A stretch of DNA of 64,000 nucleotides from an uncultured delta proteobacterium. GTDB lineage: Bacteria; Myxococcota_A; Polyangia; Polyangiales; JAFGIB01. The stretch lies in assembly GCA_963778655.1 (NCBI GenBank), contig CAVZVA010000005.1, positions 256,001 to 320,000 on the forward strand, in the 5' to 3' direction. The notes under the pieces were generated by a model. The model did no database searches, was not told the DNA's origin, and saw nothing but the letters and a program-made list of their open reading frames with translations. Position 1 is the first letter of the stretch, and every line of letters starts with the position of its first letter. Shown piece by piece: positions 31,965 through 40,582 of this stretch. Both the position numbers and the translations under genes were made by a program.

Positions 31965-32854
31965 GGCCGCGCCCCCGCCTTGCGCTCGCTCGCATAGCGA
32001 TACGGCGCGCTCTGGGCCGGCAGCGTGGCCTCGGCTTGCAGCACCGCAACCGACAGCGCGCTCAGCGCGAGCAGCCGCTGGCCGGCTGCGTCCGGCGCGA
32101 GCCGCAGCTCGTCGAGCTTGCGGCTCAGCTCGCGGTCCTCGCCCGACGGCGCCAGCACCCGGTGCCGGCTATCCCAGCGCAGGCGGTGGCACATCAACGC
32201 CGAGACCAAGGGCACAGTGCAGGGCACGACGTGGGTGACGCGCAGCGTTACGCTGTCTTCCCCCGACAGCCTGCCTTCCGCCAGCTGAGAGGACCCGGGC
32301 GCAAGCGGAAAGGTGATGGCCGTCGTCACCGGCAGATAGCTGCGGAGCCCGAAAAGCAGGCGCGTAGCCGGCGAGTTTCCCAGCGTGTCCGCCACGCTCA
32401 CCGTGCCGAATCGTGCGGTCAGCTTGGCGGCCAGCCACGGCTCGGGCGTGATCGCCGAAAGCGGGACGTGCACCGCGCGTCGGATCGCGGCCATACGCGG
32501 GCCGTCGAGCGCTGCGGCGGGTTGCATGACCGACTGCTGCGCGTGCTCGAAACCCAGGCGTTGCACCAGCGCGCGCTCGGATGCGACATCGCTTTTGGCG
32601 TGCCGCTGCGAGAGGTCGCCGCGTGGGGTGCCGTAGTAGCGCGGGTCGTCGTCGAGCACCACGCAGGCCGCGCGCACGCCGGCCACCGCGGCGTGCTCCA
32701 CCACCAGGCTGGCGGCGGACAACAGCGCGAGCTGCAGAATGCCGAGCGAGAGCAGCAATAGCGGGGTGAACGCGATCAGGTGCTCGATCATCACCACCCC
32801 GCGCGCGCAGCCCCACCGCGATCGAGACCCCGCGCGTGCGCTCCCGCGCGTCAC
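31961..32854 (-). CDS. TadE-like pseudopilin
   Basis: RG|VVMIEHLIAFTPLLLLSLGILQL, HAA...RAA.V.L.DDP; GTGA coupling to cpaA. Confidence 0.8.
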   Translation of the reverse strand: MTRGSARAGSRSRWGCARGVVMIEHLIAFTPLLLLSLGILQLALLSAASLVVEHAAVAGVRAACVVLDDDPRYYGTPRGDLSQRHAKSDVASERALVQRLGFEHAQQSVMQPAAALDGPRMAAIRRAVHVPLSAITPEPWLAAKLTARFGTVSVADTLGNSPATRLLFGLRSYLPVTTAITFPLAPGSSQLAEGRLSGEDSVTLRVTHVVPCTVPLVSALMCHRLRWDSRHRVLAPSGEDRELSRKLDELRLAPDAAGQRLLALSALSVAVLQAEATLPAQSAPYRYASERKAGARP

Positions 32855-33363
32855 GTCAGCGCCTCGGTCGCCAGCAGCAACGCGCACGCCGCGAAGATTG
32901 CGGCTCCGAGCCGCACCGGGGTCAGCGCTTCGGGCGGCGGCCGCCGGCGCGCGCGCGGCAGCAGCAGTAGCAGCGAGCGTCCGAGGGTGGCCAGCAGCCG
33001 CCCGCGGTACGCCAGCACGCAGCACGCGCCGAGCGCGCACAGCGCATAGCTCAGCAGTTGGGCCTGAAGCCCGAGCTCCACGCCGCCGATCGCGCCGATC
33101 GCGGCGAACAGCTTGACGTCGCCGCCGCCGATCGCGTGCAGGCCGAACAGTGCGAGCGGCACCAGCGCGCACAACAGCGCAGCCGCCAGCGAAGCTGCCA
33201 GCGCCCCGGGTCCCGCGAGCAGCGCGTGGACCAGGGGCGCCGCGCACAAAGTCGGCAGCGTGAGCCAGTTGGGGATCAGCCCCGTGCGGGTGTCGCTGAG
33301 CGCGGCCAGCAGCGTGAGCGCGAGCAGCCACAGAGTCGACCATAGCGATGGGAGCTGGAGCAT
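32851..33363 (-). CDS. cpaA: A24 prepilin peptidase CpaA/TadV
   Basis: SDTRTGLIPNWLT and GGGDVKL catalytic Asp motifs; hydrophobic. Confidence 0.92.
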   Translation of the reverse strand: MLQLPSLWSTLWLLALTLLAALSDTRTGLIPNWLTLPTLCAAPLVHALLAGPGALAASLAAALLCALVPLALFGLHAIGGGDVKLFAAIGAIGGVELGLQAQLLSYALCALGACCVLAYRGRLLATLGRSLLLLLPRARRRPPPEALTPVRLGAAIFAACALLLATEALT

Positions 33364-33376
33364 GGCGTTTGCAGGG

Positions 33377-33532
33377 TCAGGGAAAGGGCAGCATCAGAAT
33401 CGCCTGCTGGTAGCGGAACAGGCCCAGCAGCAGGCCGCCGAGAGCGATCAGTGCGAGCACGACGCCCACCGACAGCAACGAGAGCACGATGGCGTATTCG
33501 GCCATCACCGTGCCGCGTGCATCGCGCAGCAT
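33377..33532 (-). CDS. Second, minor Flp-type pilin (51 aa; absent from the ORF track)
   Basis: Translated by hand: MLRDARG|TVMAEYAIVLSLLSVGVVLALIALGGLLLGLFRYQQAILMLPFP*; G|xxxxEY Flp motif; fills the flp-cpaA gap. Confidence 0.85.
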   Translation of the reverse strand: MLRDARGTVMAEYAIVLSLLSVGVVLALIALGGLLLGLFRYQQAILMLPFP

Positions 33533-33544
33533 GCGGGCTTCGGC

Positions 33545-33748
33545 TCAGTGGGAGGCCGCCTTCTTCACGTTCTTGTCGATCGTCTTGGTGGACGTGTTGA
33601 GGTAGCCGTGAATGTTGTCCCCAAACGTCTTCCAGAGGGGGACGGAAAGCGCGGCGATCAGGCACAGCAGGATCGTGTACTCGACGGTGGTCAGCCCTCG
33701 CTGGTCGGCGCGCAGGCGGTGGGCGAGCTTGCGGATCTTGGCGTTCAT
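33545..33748 (-). CDS. flp: Flp type IVc (Tad) major pilin
   Basis: DQRG|LTTVEYTILLCLIA...W..FG; 67 aa; AAGGGG RBS. Confidence 0.92.
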   Translation of the reverse strand: MNAKIRKLAHRLRADQRGLTTVEYTILLCLIAALSVPLWKTFGDNIHGYLNTSTKTIDKNVKKAASH

Positions 33749-33834
33749 CGGATAACCCCTTGCGATGCGGCGTGCTCGCCGCGTGTGTGTCGGAGTTATC
33801 GGCGCGGGCCGCGCGCGGTTGCGTGGGCTCGACG

Positions 33835-35457
33835 CTATTCGGGATCGGGCGCGGGCGGCGGCGGGGGTGCGGGCGGCTCGGGCGGCGCGGCTGCAGTCGG
33901 CGGCGCTTCGTCCGCGGGCGGCGGCGGGGCGGCCGTGGGGGTCAGCTTGAGCACCGAGCCTTCTCTGCCCGCGGGCGCTTCACCTTCACCGGCGGACGGC
34001 GAATCGAGCGCCTTGAGCGCGGCGCGCGCGTTCTCGATGTCCTCGCTCGCCTCGCCCGCTACTGCGGGCGAGGCCGCGGCGGCTGGGGCCGCCTTGCGCT
34101 TGGGCTTGGCCGCGCGCGCGCGGTGCGCGTGCGAGGTCGCATTTACGGCGGCCGGCTTGGCGGCAGCCGGCTTGGCCGCGGGCGCCGTGGCTTGCGCCTT
34201 CGCTGCGGTGTGCGTGGCCTCGGCCTTCGCCGCCTGCGGGGGCTTCGTGCCCGTGGCCTTGGGCGCGGCAGCCGCGGCTGCGCCAGGTGCCGCGGCCGGG
34301 AGGCTGGGTGCGTTCGCTGCGGCGTTCGACCCAGCCGGGATGGCGCTTGCGCGCACGCCGTCGGGAGAAGGCGCCACCGCAGCTGGCTTGCCGCGCAGGC
34401 TCAGCCACAGCAGCAGCCCGGCCAGCAGCGCGGCGCAGGCGAGCGCCGCCGCGATCAGCGGAGCTCGGCTGCGCGGCGCGCTCGGGCGCTGCACGCTGGC
34501 CTGCTCCGGCAGCAGGTCGCGCGCATCGAGCGCGAGCCGCAGCGGCTCCGCGCCGCTCGCGCGCCCAGTCTCGCTCGGCAGCGAAGCGCGCGCATCGGCT
34601 CGCGGCGCGGCAGATGGCGCGGCCACCCCCGCCGCGCCATTCGCCGCGGCCCGCGGCGCGCGTTCCGGCTGGCGCTCGACCGCCTCGCGTTTGCTCGTGC
34701 TCGCGGCTGCGCTCGAGCGCGCCGCCTTGCCTGCCTGCGCCGGGCTGCCCGCTGCTGCCGGCTCTAGTCCGCCGGCCAGCCGCGAGGCCGCGATCGCCGC
34801 AGCCGGGTGCGGCACCACCGGCGTTTGCTTGTCGGGCCGGGAACGGGGCACGGCCGGCTCGTCGGACGCGGGAGCTCCGCCGGGCATCAGCAGCGTGCGG
34901 TCCGGCCGCGCGCCCCCGCGTACGACTTGCGCCTGCTGATAGGGCGCGGGCGGCGGGCGATTGCTCGGAACGCGCAGCGGCTCGGCGGGGCTCGGGTGGT
35001 GCGAGCGAGTGGCTTGCGCGGGCGGCGGCGGCGGCCTTCCCGGCTGGCCGCTGGCGCGCGCGGCCGCCTCGGTGCCGATCAGCGTCGCCGCATAGGCGCT
35101 GCGCTGCACGCGCACCGTCCGATTGGTGTCGCCCGGCAACTGGCCTTCGGGGCGCTGCGGCGCTTCGCCCAGCAGCAGCGTCGGATCGGCGTTCGGATAC
35201 GGCCGCTTGACCGTCTTTTCGCCGTCCGGCACCGCGCTCTCGGGTTGCGTCGGACCGGCCTTGGGCCGCCCACCTGCCGCGCCGCTGCTGAAGGTGTTGC
35301 GTGGCGGGCCGCCCGGCGCGGCCCGGGTGGCGCCGGCCCGGCCCTCGCCCGAGGCACCCAACGGCAGCGTTTGCGAGCGGTTGCCCGGCCGTTTCGACGC
35401 CCCCGACGGTTCCCCGGCGTCGGCTCCGGCGTCCTTTGGGGTGCGGTTGTCGGCCAT
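33835..35457 (-). CDS. Low-complexity single-pass membrane protein with repeated Thr motifs
   Basis: 540-aa Pro/Ala-rich ORF, one TM (LIAAALACAALLAGLLLWL); co-oriented directly upstream of flp. Confidence 0.65.
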   Translation of the reverse strand: MADNRTPKDAGADAGEPSGASKRPGNRSQTLPLGASGEGRAGATRAAPGGPPRNTFSSGAAGGRPKAGPTQPESAVPDGEKTVKRPYPNADPTLLLGEAPQRPEGQLPGDTNRTVRVQRSAYAATLIGTEAAARASGQPGRPPPPPAQATRSHHPSPAEPLRVPSNRPPPAPYQQAQVVRGGARPDRTLLMPGGAPASDEPAVPRSRPDKQTPVVPHPAAAIAASRLAGGLEPAAAGSPAQAGKAARSSAAASTSKREAVERQPERAPRAAANGAAGVAAPSAAPRADARASLPSETGRASGAEPLRLALDARDLLPEQASVQRPSAPRSRAPLIAAALACAALLAGLLLWLSLRGKPAAVAPSPDGVRASAIPAGSNAAANAPSLPAAAPGAAAAAAPKATGTKPPQAAKAEATHTAAKAQATAPAAKPAAAKPAAVNATSHAHRARAAKPKRKAAPAAAASPAVAGEASEDIENARAALKALDSPSAGEGEAPAGREGSVLKLTPTAAPPPPADEAPPTAAAPPEPPAPPPPPAPDPE

Positions 35458-35537
35458 CGCTTCCGCCGCAGCATAGCGCCTTTGCGGGAGCGCTTCGAGA
35501 ACGCTGCGGGCGACTTCGGACGCCCCGTCCCGACCCT

Positions 35538-35954
35538 TCAGGGCGCGATCAGATCAGGGTCAATCGCGCGCACGTCGGGGCGAGCCGCTCGGCGCCATGG
35601 CGAGCTCCAGCTCGTCGCGCAAGCAGCCGCAGCGCCTGCGCGACCCCGGGCGCGCCGCCGGCCGCCAGGGCCCGCAGCACCAGCCGACCCAGCAGCACCG
35701 CCCGGGCCCCAGCGCGAGCGCCTTGATGATGTCGGTGCCGCGCCGCACGCCGCCGTCGAGCAACGGCGGCAGCCGCTCGCCCACGGCCGCCGCGACCGCG
35801 GGCAAGGCCTTGATCGAGGCCACTGCGCCGTCGAGCCGGCGCCCGCCGTGGTTGCACACGCGTCGCAGGCGCCGCTGCGGTAGTAGTCCCAAGCCATCTG
35901 TGGCACGCGCTCGGCCACAATCCGCTCGAAGTCGCGCAAATTGAGCGGTTGCAT
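35538..35954 (-). pseudogene. FMN-dependent alpha-hydroxy acid oxidase/dehydrogenase remnant
   Basis: N-terminus MQPLNLRDFE...WDYYRSGA joined directly to NHGGRRLD...DGGVRRGTDIIKALALG...ELELAM; only 417 nt, about 4 frame changes. Confidence 0.85.
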
Positions 35955-36059
35955 GGCGTGACTGCAGGCTGCCCCCGCGGCTTGCTCGCGCCGCTGTAAT
36001 GACCGCACGCAGGGGTGGCAAGCAGGTGCTTCGCGCGCCGAATGTGTTACATCCCGTGC

Positions 36060-37346
36060 ATGGCTCGCGGCCTGCTCGCGCTCGTCGCCGCATGCGCGCT
36101 GGCGGCGGTGTGCCGCCCGGCGGAGGCGCAGCTGCGCTCGCCTTGGGCGCTGACGCACCGCGACGAGGATCTGCGCGTGTCGCTGGTGACCTTCGGCCGC
36201 GGCGACGAGATCCACCAATACTTCGGCCACAACGCGCTGCTGGTCGAGGACACCGAGCGCGAGGTCGGCGCGCTGTACAACTTCGGCATGTTCAGCTTCG
36301 GGCCCGAGATGCTGCCCAAGTACCTGCAGGGGCAGCTCGAGTTCTGGGCGGCGGCGACGCCGGTCCAACCGACCTACCGCATGTACATCGAGGAGAACCG
36401 CTCGATCCACGTGGCCGAGCTCAATCTATCGCCGTCCAGGCGGCGCTTCCTGGCCGAGCGCCTCGCCTATTACGTCCTGCCCGAGCACCGCAACTACCGC
36501 TACCACCACTATTTCAACAACTGCTCGACCAAGGTGCGCGACATGATCGACGCCGCCGTCGACGGTCAGTTGCACAAGGCCGCCTTGGGGCCGGCGCGCT
36601 TCACCTTCCGCGACCATACCCGTCGTTACACCCAGCAGGACCCGATCATCCACATGCTGCTGCTGCTGTGGATGAACGACTCGATGGAGCGGCCGATCCG
36701 CCGCTGGGACGAGTCGTTTCTGCCCGACGAGCTGGAACGTCTGGTGGACTCGGCCAAATATACCGACCAAAGCGGGCACCAGGTGCCGCTGGTCAAGCAG
36801 CGCTACACGGTGTTCGACGCGCAGCGGCCTCCCGTCCCCGCAGCGCCGTCGCGCGCGTGGCCCGGGCTGCTGGCCTTCGGCGCGCTGCTCGGCGGGCTCG
36901 CCCTGTTGCTGGCGCGCTGGGCCGCAGGCGGCGGCAAGCTCGCGCGCATCCTGCTTGGGGTGCACAGCCTGCTGCTCGGCTTGGTGATCGGCGTGCCCGG
37001 GCTGGTGGCCTTCCTGTTGCTCTTCACCCAGTGGGATGTCACCCACTACAACGAGAACCTGCTGCTGACCAATCCGCTGACCTTTCTGGCGTTTCCGCTG
37101 GGCTTCTGGACGGCGCTGGGCTCGAAGCGCGCGCAGCGCTGGCTGGGCGCGGTGTGGATGGCGCTGGCTGCGAGCTCGGTGCTGCTGCTGACGCTCAAGC
37201 TGTTGCCCGCGTTCGATCAGGACACGCACCTGCCGATGGCCCTGCTGATGCCGATCAACCTGGGCTGCGGCCTCGCCTACTACGGACTACGCCGCCGCCA
37301 CGCGAGCCGAGCGGTCTCGCCAGCAGCGGCAAGCGCCCCGGGCTGA
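36060..37346 (+). CDS. DUF4105 domain membrane protein (Lnb-like)
   Basis: Signal peptide; FGHNAL, YNFGMFSF, YRYHHYFNNCSTKVRD, FLP..L; 4-5 C-terminal TMs. Confidence 0.85.
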   Translation: MARGLLALVAACALAAVCRPAEAQLRSPWALTHRDEDLRVSLVTFGRGDEIHQYFGHNALLVEDTEREVGALYNFGMFSFGPEMLPKYLQGQLEFWAAATPVQPTYRMYIEENRSIHVAELNLSPSRRRFLAERLAYYVLPEHRNYRYHHYFNNCSTKVRDMIDAAVDGQLHKAALGPARFTFRDHTRRYTQQDPIIHMLLLLWMNDSMERPIRRWDESFLPDELERLVDSAKYTDQSGHQVPLVKQRYTVFDAQRPPVPAAPSRAWPGLLAFGALLGGLALLLARWAAGGGKLARILLGVHSLLLGLVIGVPGLVAFLLLFTQWDVTHYNENLLLTNPLTFLAFPLGFWTALGSKRAQRWLGAVWMALAASSVLLLTLKLLPAFDQDTHLPMALLMPINLGCGLAYYGLRRRHASRAVSPAAASAPG

Positions 37347-37416
37347 CGGTTACGCTCGCGGTCGTGGTCGCAGTCGTGCCGGTCCTCACGAGATGGGGTG
37401 GGGGGATCGACCACGA

Positions 37417-38064
37417 TCAGGGAGCGGGCGTGGGGCTCGGCTTGGCCTGCGGGCGGCCGGCTTCGCTTGGCTTGGTGGCCGCGGCCAGCGTGATCAGCTC
37501 GGCGAGCGGCAGCGTGGCCGCCGCTTCGGTCGCCGGTACGTCGTTGCCGGCTGGGCTGACCCTCACGTTGATCAGGAAGCGATCGCCGACCACCAGGTTG
37601 ACCAGCGCGGTCTGACTCGGACCGTGCCACTGGCGCAGCGCGGGTTGGCCGCCAATCGCGGCGCCCCTGAACGTGCCCTGACCCGTGCCGCGGTTGGCCC
37701 CTTGCTGGCTCGTGACCAGCCGGCGCAGCCGGGGGGCGTTGAGGGTATCGGTGATCTCGAGCTGCACCCGACGATCGTCCTTGCGGTACTCGCGCCGCAC
37801 CAGGGTCAGCGTGCCGCCGTTCGTCATCGGCAGGGTTTGCAGCTTGGCCGGGCCTGTGGCCTTTGCGCCCGCGAAAGCGTCCGGCGCGTAGCGCTGCAGC
37901 GTCTGCACGGGCACCGGCTCACCCTCGGGCGGCGCCTCGGGCGGACCTGCCGGCAATTGCAGCGCGGCCGGCTGCGGGCTGCGTGTGGGCGTGCGTCCGC
38001 CCTCGCAGTTGCCGCAGCCGCAGAGCAAGAGGACCAGCAAGGGAAGTGGTAGCGCTCCGCGCAT
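37417..38064 (-). CDS. Putative lipoprotein, hypothetical
   Basis: Lipobox LCGC; REY...LEITDT...LVVGDRFLINV globular part. Confidence 0.65.
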   Translation of the reverse strand: MRGALPLPLLVLLLCGCGNCEGGRTPTRSPQPAALQLPAGPPEAPPEGEPVPVQTLQRYAPDAFAGAKATGPAKLQTLPMTNGGTLTLVRREYRKDDRRVQLEITDTLNAPRLRRLVTSQQGANRGTGQGTFRGAAIGGQPALRQWHGPSQTALVNLVVGDRFLINVRVSPAGNDVPATEAAATLPLAELITLAAATKPSEAGRPQAKPSPTPAP

Positions 38065-38099
38065 GGCGCACGCAGCAGAGCGCATCCTCCGCGTGCCGG

Positions 38100-38981
38100 T
38101 CAATCCCCGGTCACGGGCGGCGGCGGCGGCGCGAAGCGGTTGTTGCGCGGAAACGCCTGTGGACCGCACGAAAGCCGCGGGTGCGGGCTCAGCTCGATGC
38201 CGCGCGCTAGCAGGCCGGCTCGGTCGTCGTAGCGCAGTGCGATGATCTGTGCGGGGCGCGTGCGTGAAGCGCGCGTGAATGCCACCTCGCGCGCCGCGCT
38301 GGAAAGGCTCTCGCCGTAGGCGGTCCCCAGGTTGTCGACGCTGGGCGCCGGCGCGCCCAGGCTCGCGCGGCTCTGCTCGTCGGCGCTCGGCGCCGGCTGT
38401 GCTGCCGACGCGGCCGAGCGGCTCGCGCTCTTGCGCGGGGCGGCGCCTTCGCCGGCCGGGCTCGCGTCATAGCGCGACACGGGGCTGGGCGGCTGGCGGA
38501 CGACGGCCGGGCGCACGCGCTCGGGAAAGATGGCCACGCCGATCACGCCCACGTTCTCCGGCGTGCCCATGCGCGCCGAGTAGCTGTCGCCCGGACGCGT
38601 GAAGCGGAAGGCCGCCACCTGGTCGAGGCTCTGGCGGAAACCGTCGATCACCACCCGGTCGTACGGGCCGATCAAGTAGCCGCGCCCGTGCACGTAGTCG
38701 CCGATCCGTCCGCTGACCGCATCGCGGCCGTCGACCGAGACCACCGCTTCCACGCGGCGGCCGGTGTGGTTCTCCACCCGGATCTGATAGCGGTCGCCGT
38801 AGCTTCCGAGCACGAAGGTCTGACCCTCGTGGTGAAAGGTGGGCAGCTCGCGCCCCGCCGCGTCTGTCACGTTCACCTCGTAGGGCACGTTGGGCCCCCG
38901 CGGATGGGCGAGCACCGGCGCGGCCCACAGCAAGCTCAAGGGCAACAACGACAACCAAGACAAGCGGGTTCGGGTACGCAT
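38100..38981 (-). CDS. Secreted hypothetical protein
   Basis: Signal peptide ending APVLA; GDRY.I...N.TGRRVEAVVSVDG, GFRQS...VAAFRF, NVGVIG.A.F.E, LGT..GE, FAPPP. Confidence 0.75.
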   Translation of the reverse strand: MRTRTRLSWLSLLPLSLLWAAPVLAHPRGPNVPYEVNVTDAAGRELPTFHHEGQTFVLGSYGDRYQIRVENHTGRRVEAVVSVDGRDAVSGRIGDYVHGRGYLIGPYDRVVIDGFRQSLDQVAAFRFTRPGDSYSARMGTPENVGVIGVAIFPERVRPAVVRQPPSPVSRYDASPAGEGAAPRKSASRSAASAAQPAPSADEQSRASLGAPAPSVDNLGTAYGESLSSAAREVAFTRASRTRPAQIIALRYDDRAGLLARGIELSPHPRLSCGPQAFPRNNRFAPPPPPVTGD

Positions 38982-39277
38982 CGCAGACCTCCTGGGCGGC
39001 TCGACACGAGCGGCCATGCTCTTGTCGACGCACCAGGCGGCGGCGGGATCTGAGCGCCTGGCGGGCATCGCCCGCGGCGTGTCGGGGCGGGTGTGCTCAG
39101 GACCCGCACACAAATAACCTGCTCAGTCGTGGCTCGTGGGCGGGCACGTTCGCGGCTTTTGTCCTCGAAAGAATCCTCGAAACACATCGAGTATTCCTGT
39201 GGTTCTTCCTGCGGGCGCGCTCGCGATCGCACTCCGCCGACGAGTCGGCCGTGACCAGGCTAATTGTGCTCGGGTCC

Positions 39278-40582
39278 TCAGCCCCAGCGCGTGGCGTGCC
39301 ACTGCTTCTTGCCGCGGCGCAGCAGAATGCGCCTGCCGGGCAGCAGATCGCGCTCGCTCAGGCGGCGCTCCGGCTCGGCGCGCTCACCGTTGACCGAGAC
39401 CGCGCCGCTCTGCAGCAGCTGGCGCGCTTGTCCCTTCGAGCTCGCCAGCGAGGTCTGGGCCAGCAGCTCGACCAGGTCGGTGCCCTCGCCCGCAAGCCCG
39501 CCCAGGTCGTGCTCGGTGTGGGGCACGTCCGCGAACACCTCGTCCAGGGTCGCCGCGTCGAGCGCGCGCACGTCGCCTCCGAACAGCGCCTGGCTCGCCG
39601 CCTCCACCCGCGCGAGCTCCTCCCGCCCGTGTACCAGCGCGGTGAGCTCGCAGGCCAGCCGGCGCTGCGCGCCGCGCTCGTGCGGCGCCTTTGCGTGCTC
39701 GCGCGCGATCTCCGCGATCTGCTGCTGCGACAGGAAGCTGTACCACTTGAGCAGCGAGATCACGTCGGCGTCCTCGGTGTTGATGAAGTGTTGGTACAGC
39801 GCATAGGGGCTGGTGTGCTCGCGGCTGAGCCAGATCGCGCCCTTTTCGCTCTTGCCGATCTTCCTGCCGCCGGCGTCCGTGAGCAGCGGCGCGGTGATGC
39901 CGTACGCCTCGCCCGCGCCGCCTTCGCGCCCGAGCTTGTGATGGATCAGCTCGACGCCGGCCACGATGTTGCCGTACTGGTCGGAGCCGGCGAGCTGGAC
40001 CGTGCAGCCGTAGCTCTGCTTCAGGTGCAAGAAGTCATAAGCCTGCAGCAGCATGTAGCTGAACTCGGTGTAGCTAATGCCCTGCTCGCGCTCGTGCAGG
40101 CGCTGCCGTACCGAGTCCTTCTGGATCATGGCGTTGACCGAGAAGTGCTTGCCGATGTCGCGCAGCACCTCGATGAAGCCGAGCCTGCACAGCCAGTCGG
40201 CGTTGTCGAGCACCTCCGCCCGCGTGGGGCTCTTCGTGTCGAAGTCCAGGAAGCGCGCGAATACCCGGCGCTGGGCCTCCACGTTCGCCGCGATCTGGTC
40301 GCGGCCGAGCAGCTGGCGTTCCGCATCTTTGCCCGAGGGATCCCCGATCAGGCCAGTGCCGCCGCCCATCACCGCCAGCGGCCGGTGTCCCGCGCGCTGC
40401 CAGCGCATCAGCAGCGTGATCGGCAGCAGGTTGCCGATGGTGAGGTCGTTCCTGGTCGGGTCGAAGCCGCAGTAGCCGACCCGCCCAGGTGTGCCCAGGT
40501 GGCGCGCGACCTCGGCCTCGCTGGCCGTGGTCTGGTGCAGCAGCCCGCGCCACTTGAGCTCGTCGAGCAGACCCGTGCTCAT
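39278..40582 (-). CDS. tyrS: Tyrosine--tRNA ligase
   Basis: YCGFDPT, GGGTGLIGDPSGK, YTEFSY.LLQAYDF, GSDQYGNI, KIGKS, S4 domain, LRRGKK. Confidence 0.96.
   Translation of the reverse strand: MSTGLLDELKWRGLLHQTTASEAEVARHLGTPGRVGYCGFDPTRNDLTIGNLLPITLLMRWQRAGHRPLAVMGGGTGLIGDPSGKDAERQLLGRDQIAANVEAQRRVFARFLDFDTKSPTRAEVLDNADWLCRLGFIEVLRDIGKHFSVNAMIQKDSVRQRLHEREQGISYTEFSYMLLQAYDFLHLKQSYGCTVQLAGSDQYGNIVAGVELIHHKLGREGGAGEAYGITAPLLTDAGGRKIGKSEKGAIWLSREHTSPYALYQHFINTEDADVISLLKWYSFLSQQQIAEIAREHAKAPHERGAQRRLACELTALVHGREELARVEAASQALFGGDVRALDAATLDEVFADVPHTEHDLGGLAGEGTDLVELLAQTSLASSKGQARQLLQSGAVSVNGERAEPERRLSERDLLPGRRILLRRGKKQWHATRWG

Noticed and set aside
39120..39225. TCCTCGAAA and TTCCTG duplications downstream of tyrS; GTCGTG-type hexamers at 37350-37415
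   Set aside because: Short, degenerate, and without a clear second copy or function; probably repeat remnants.
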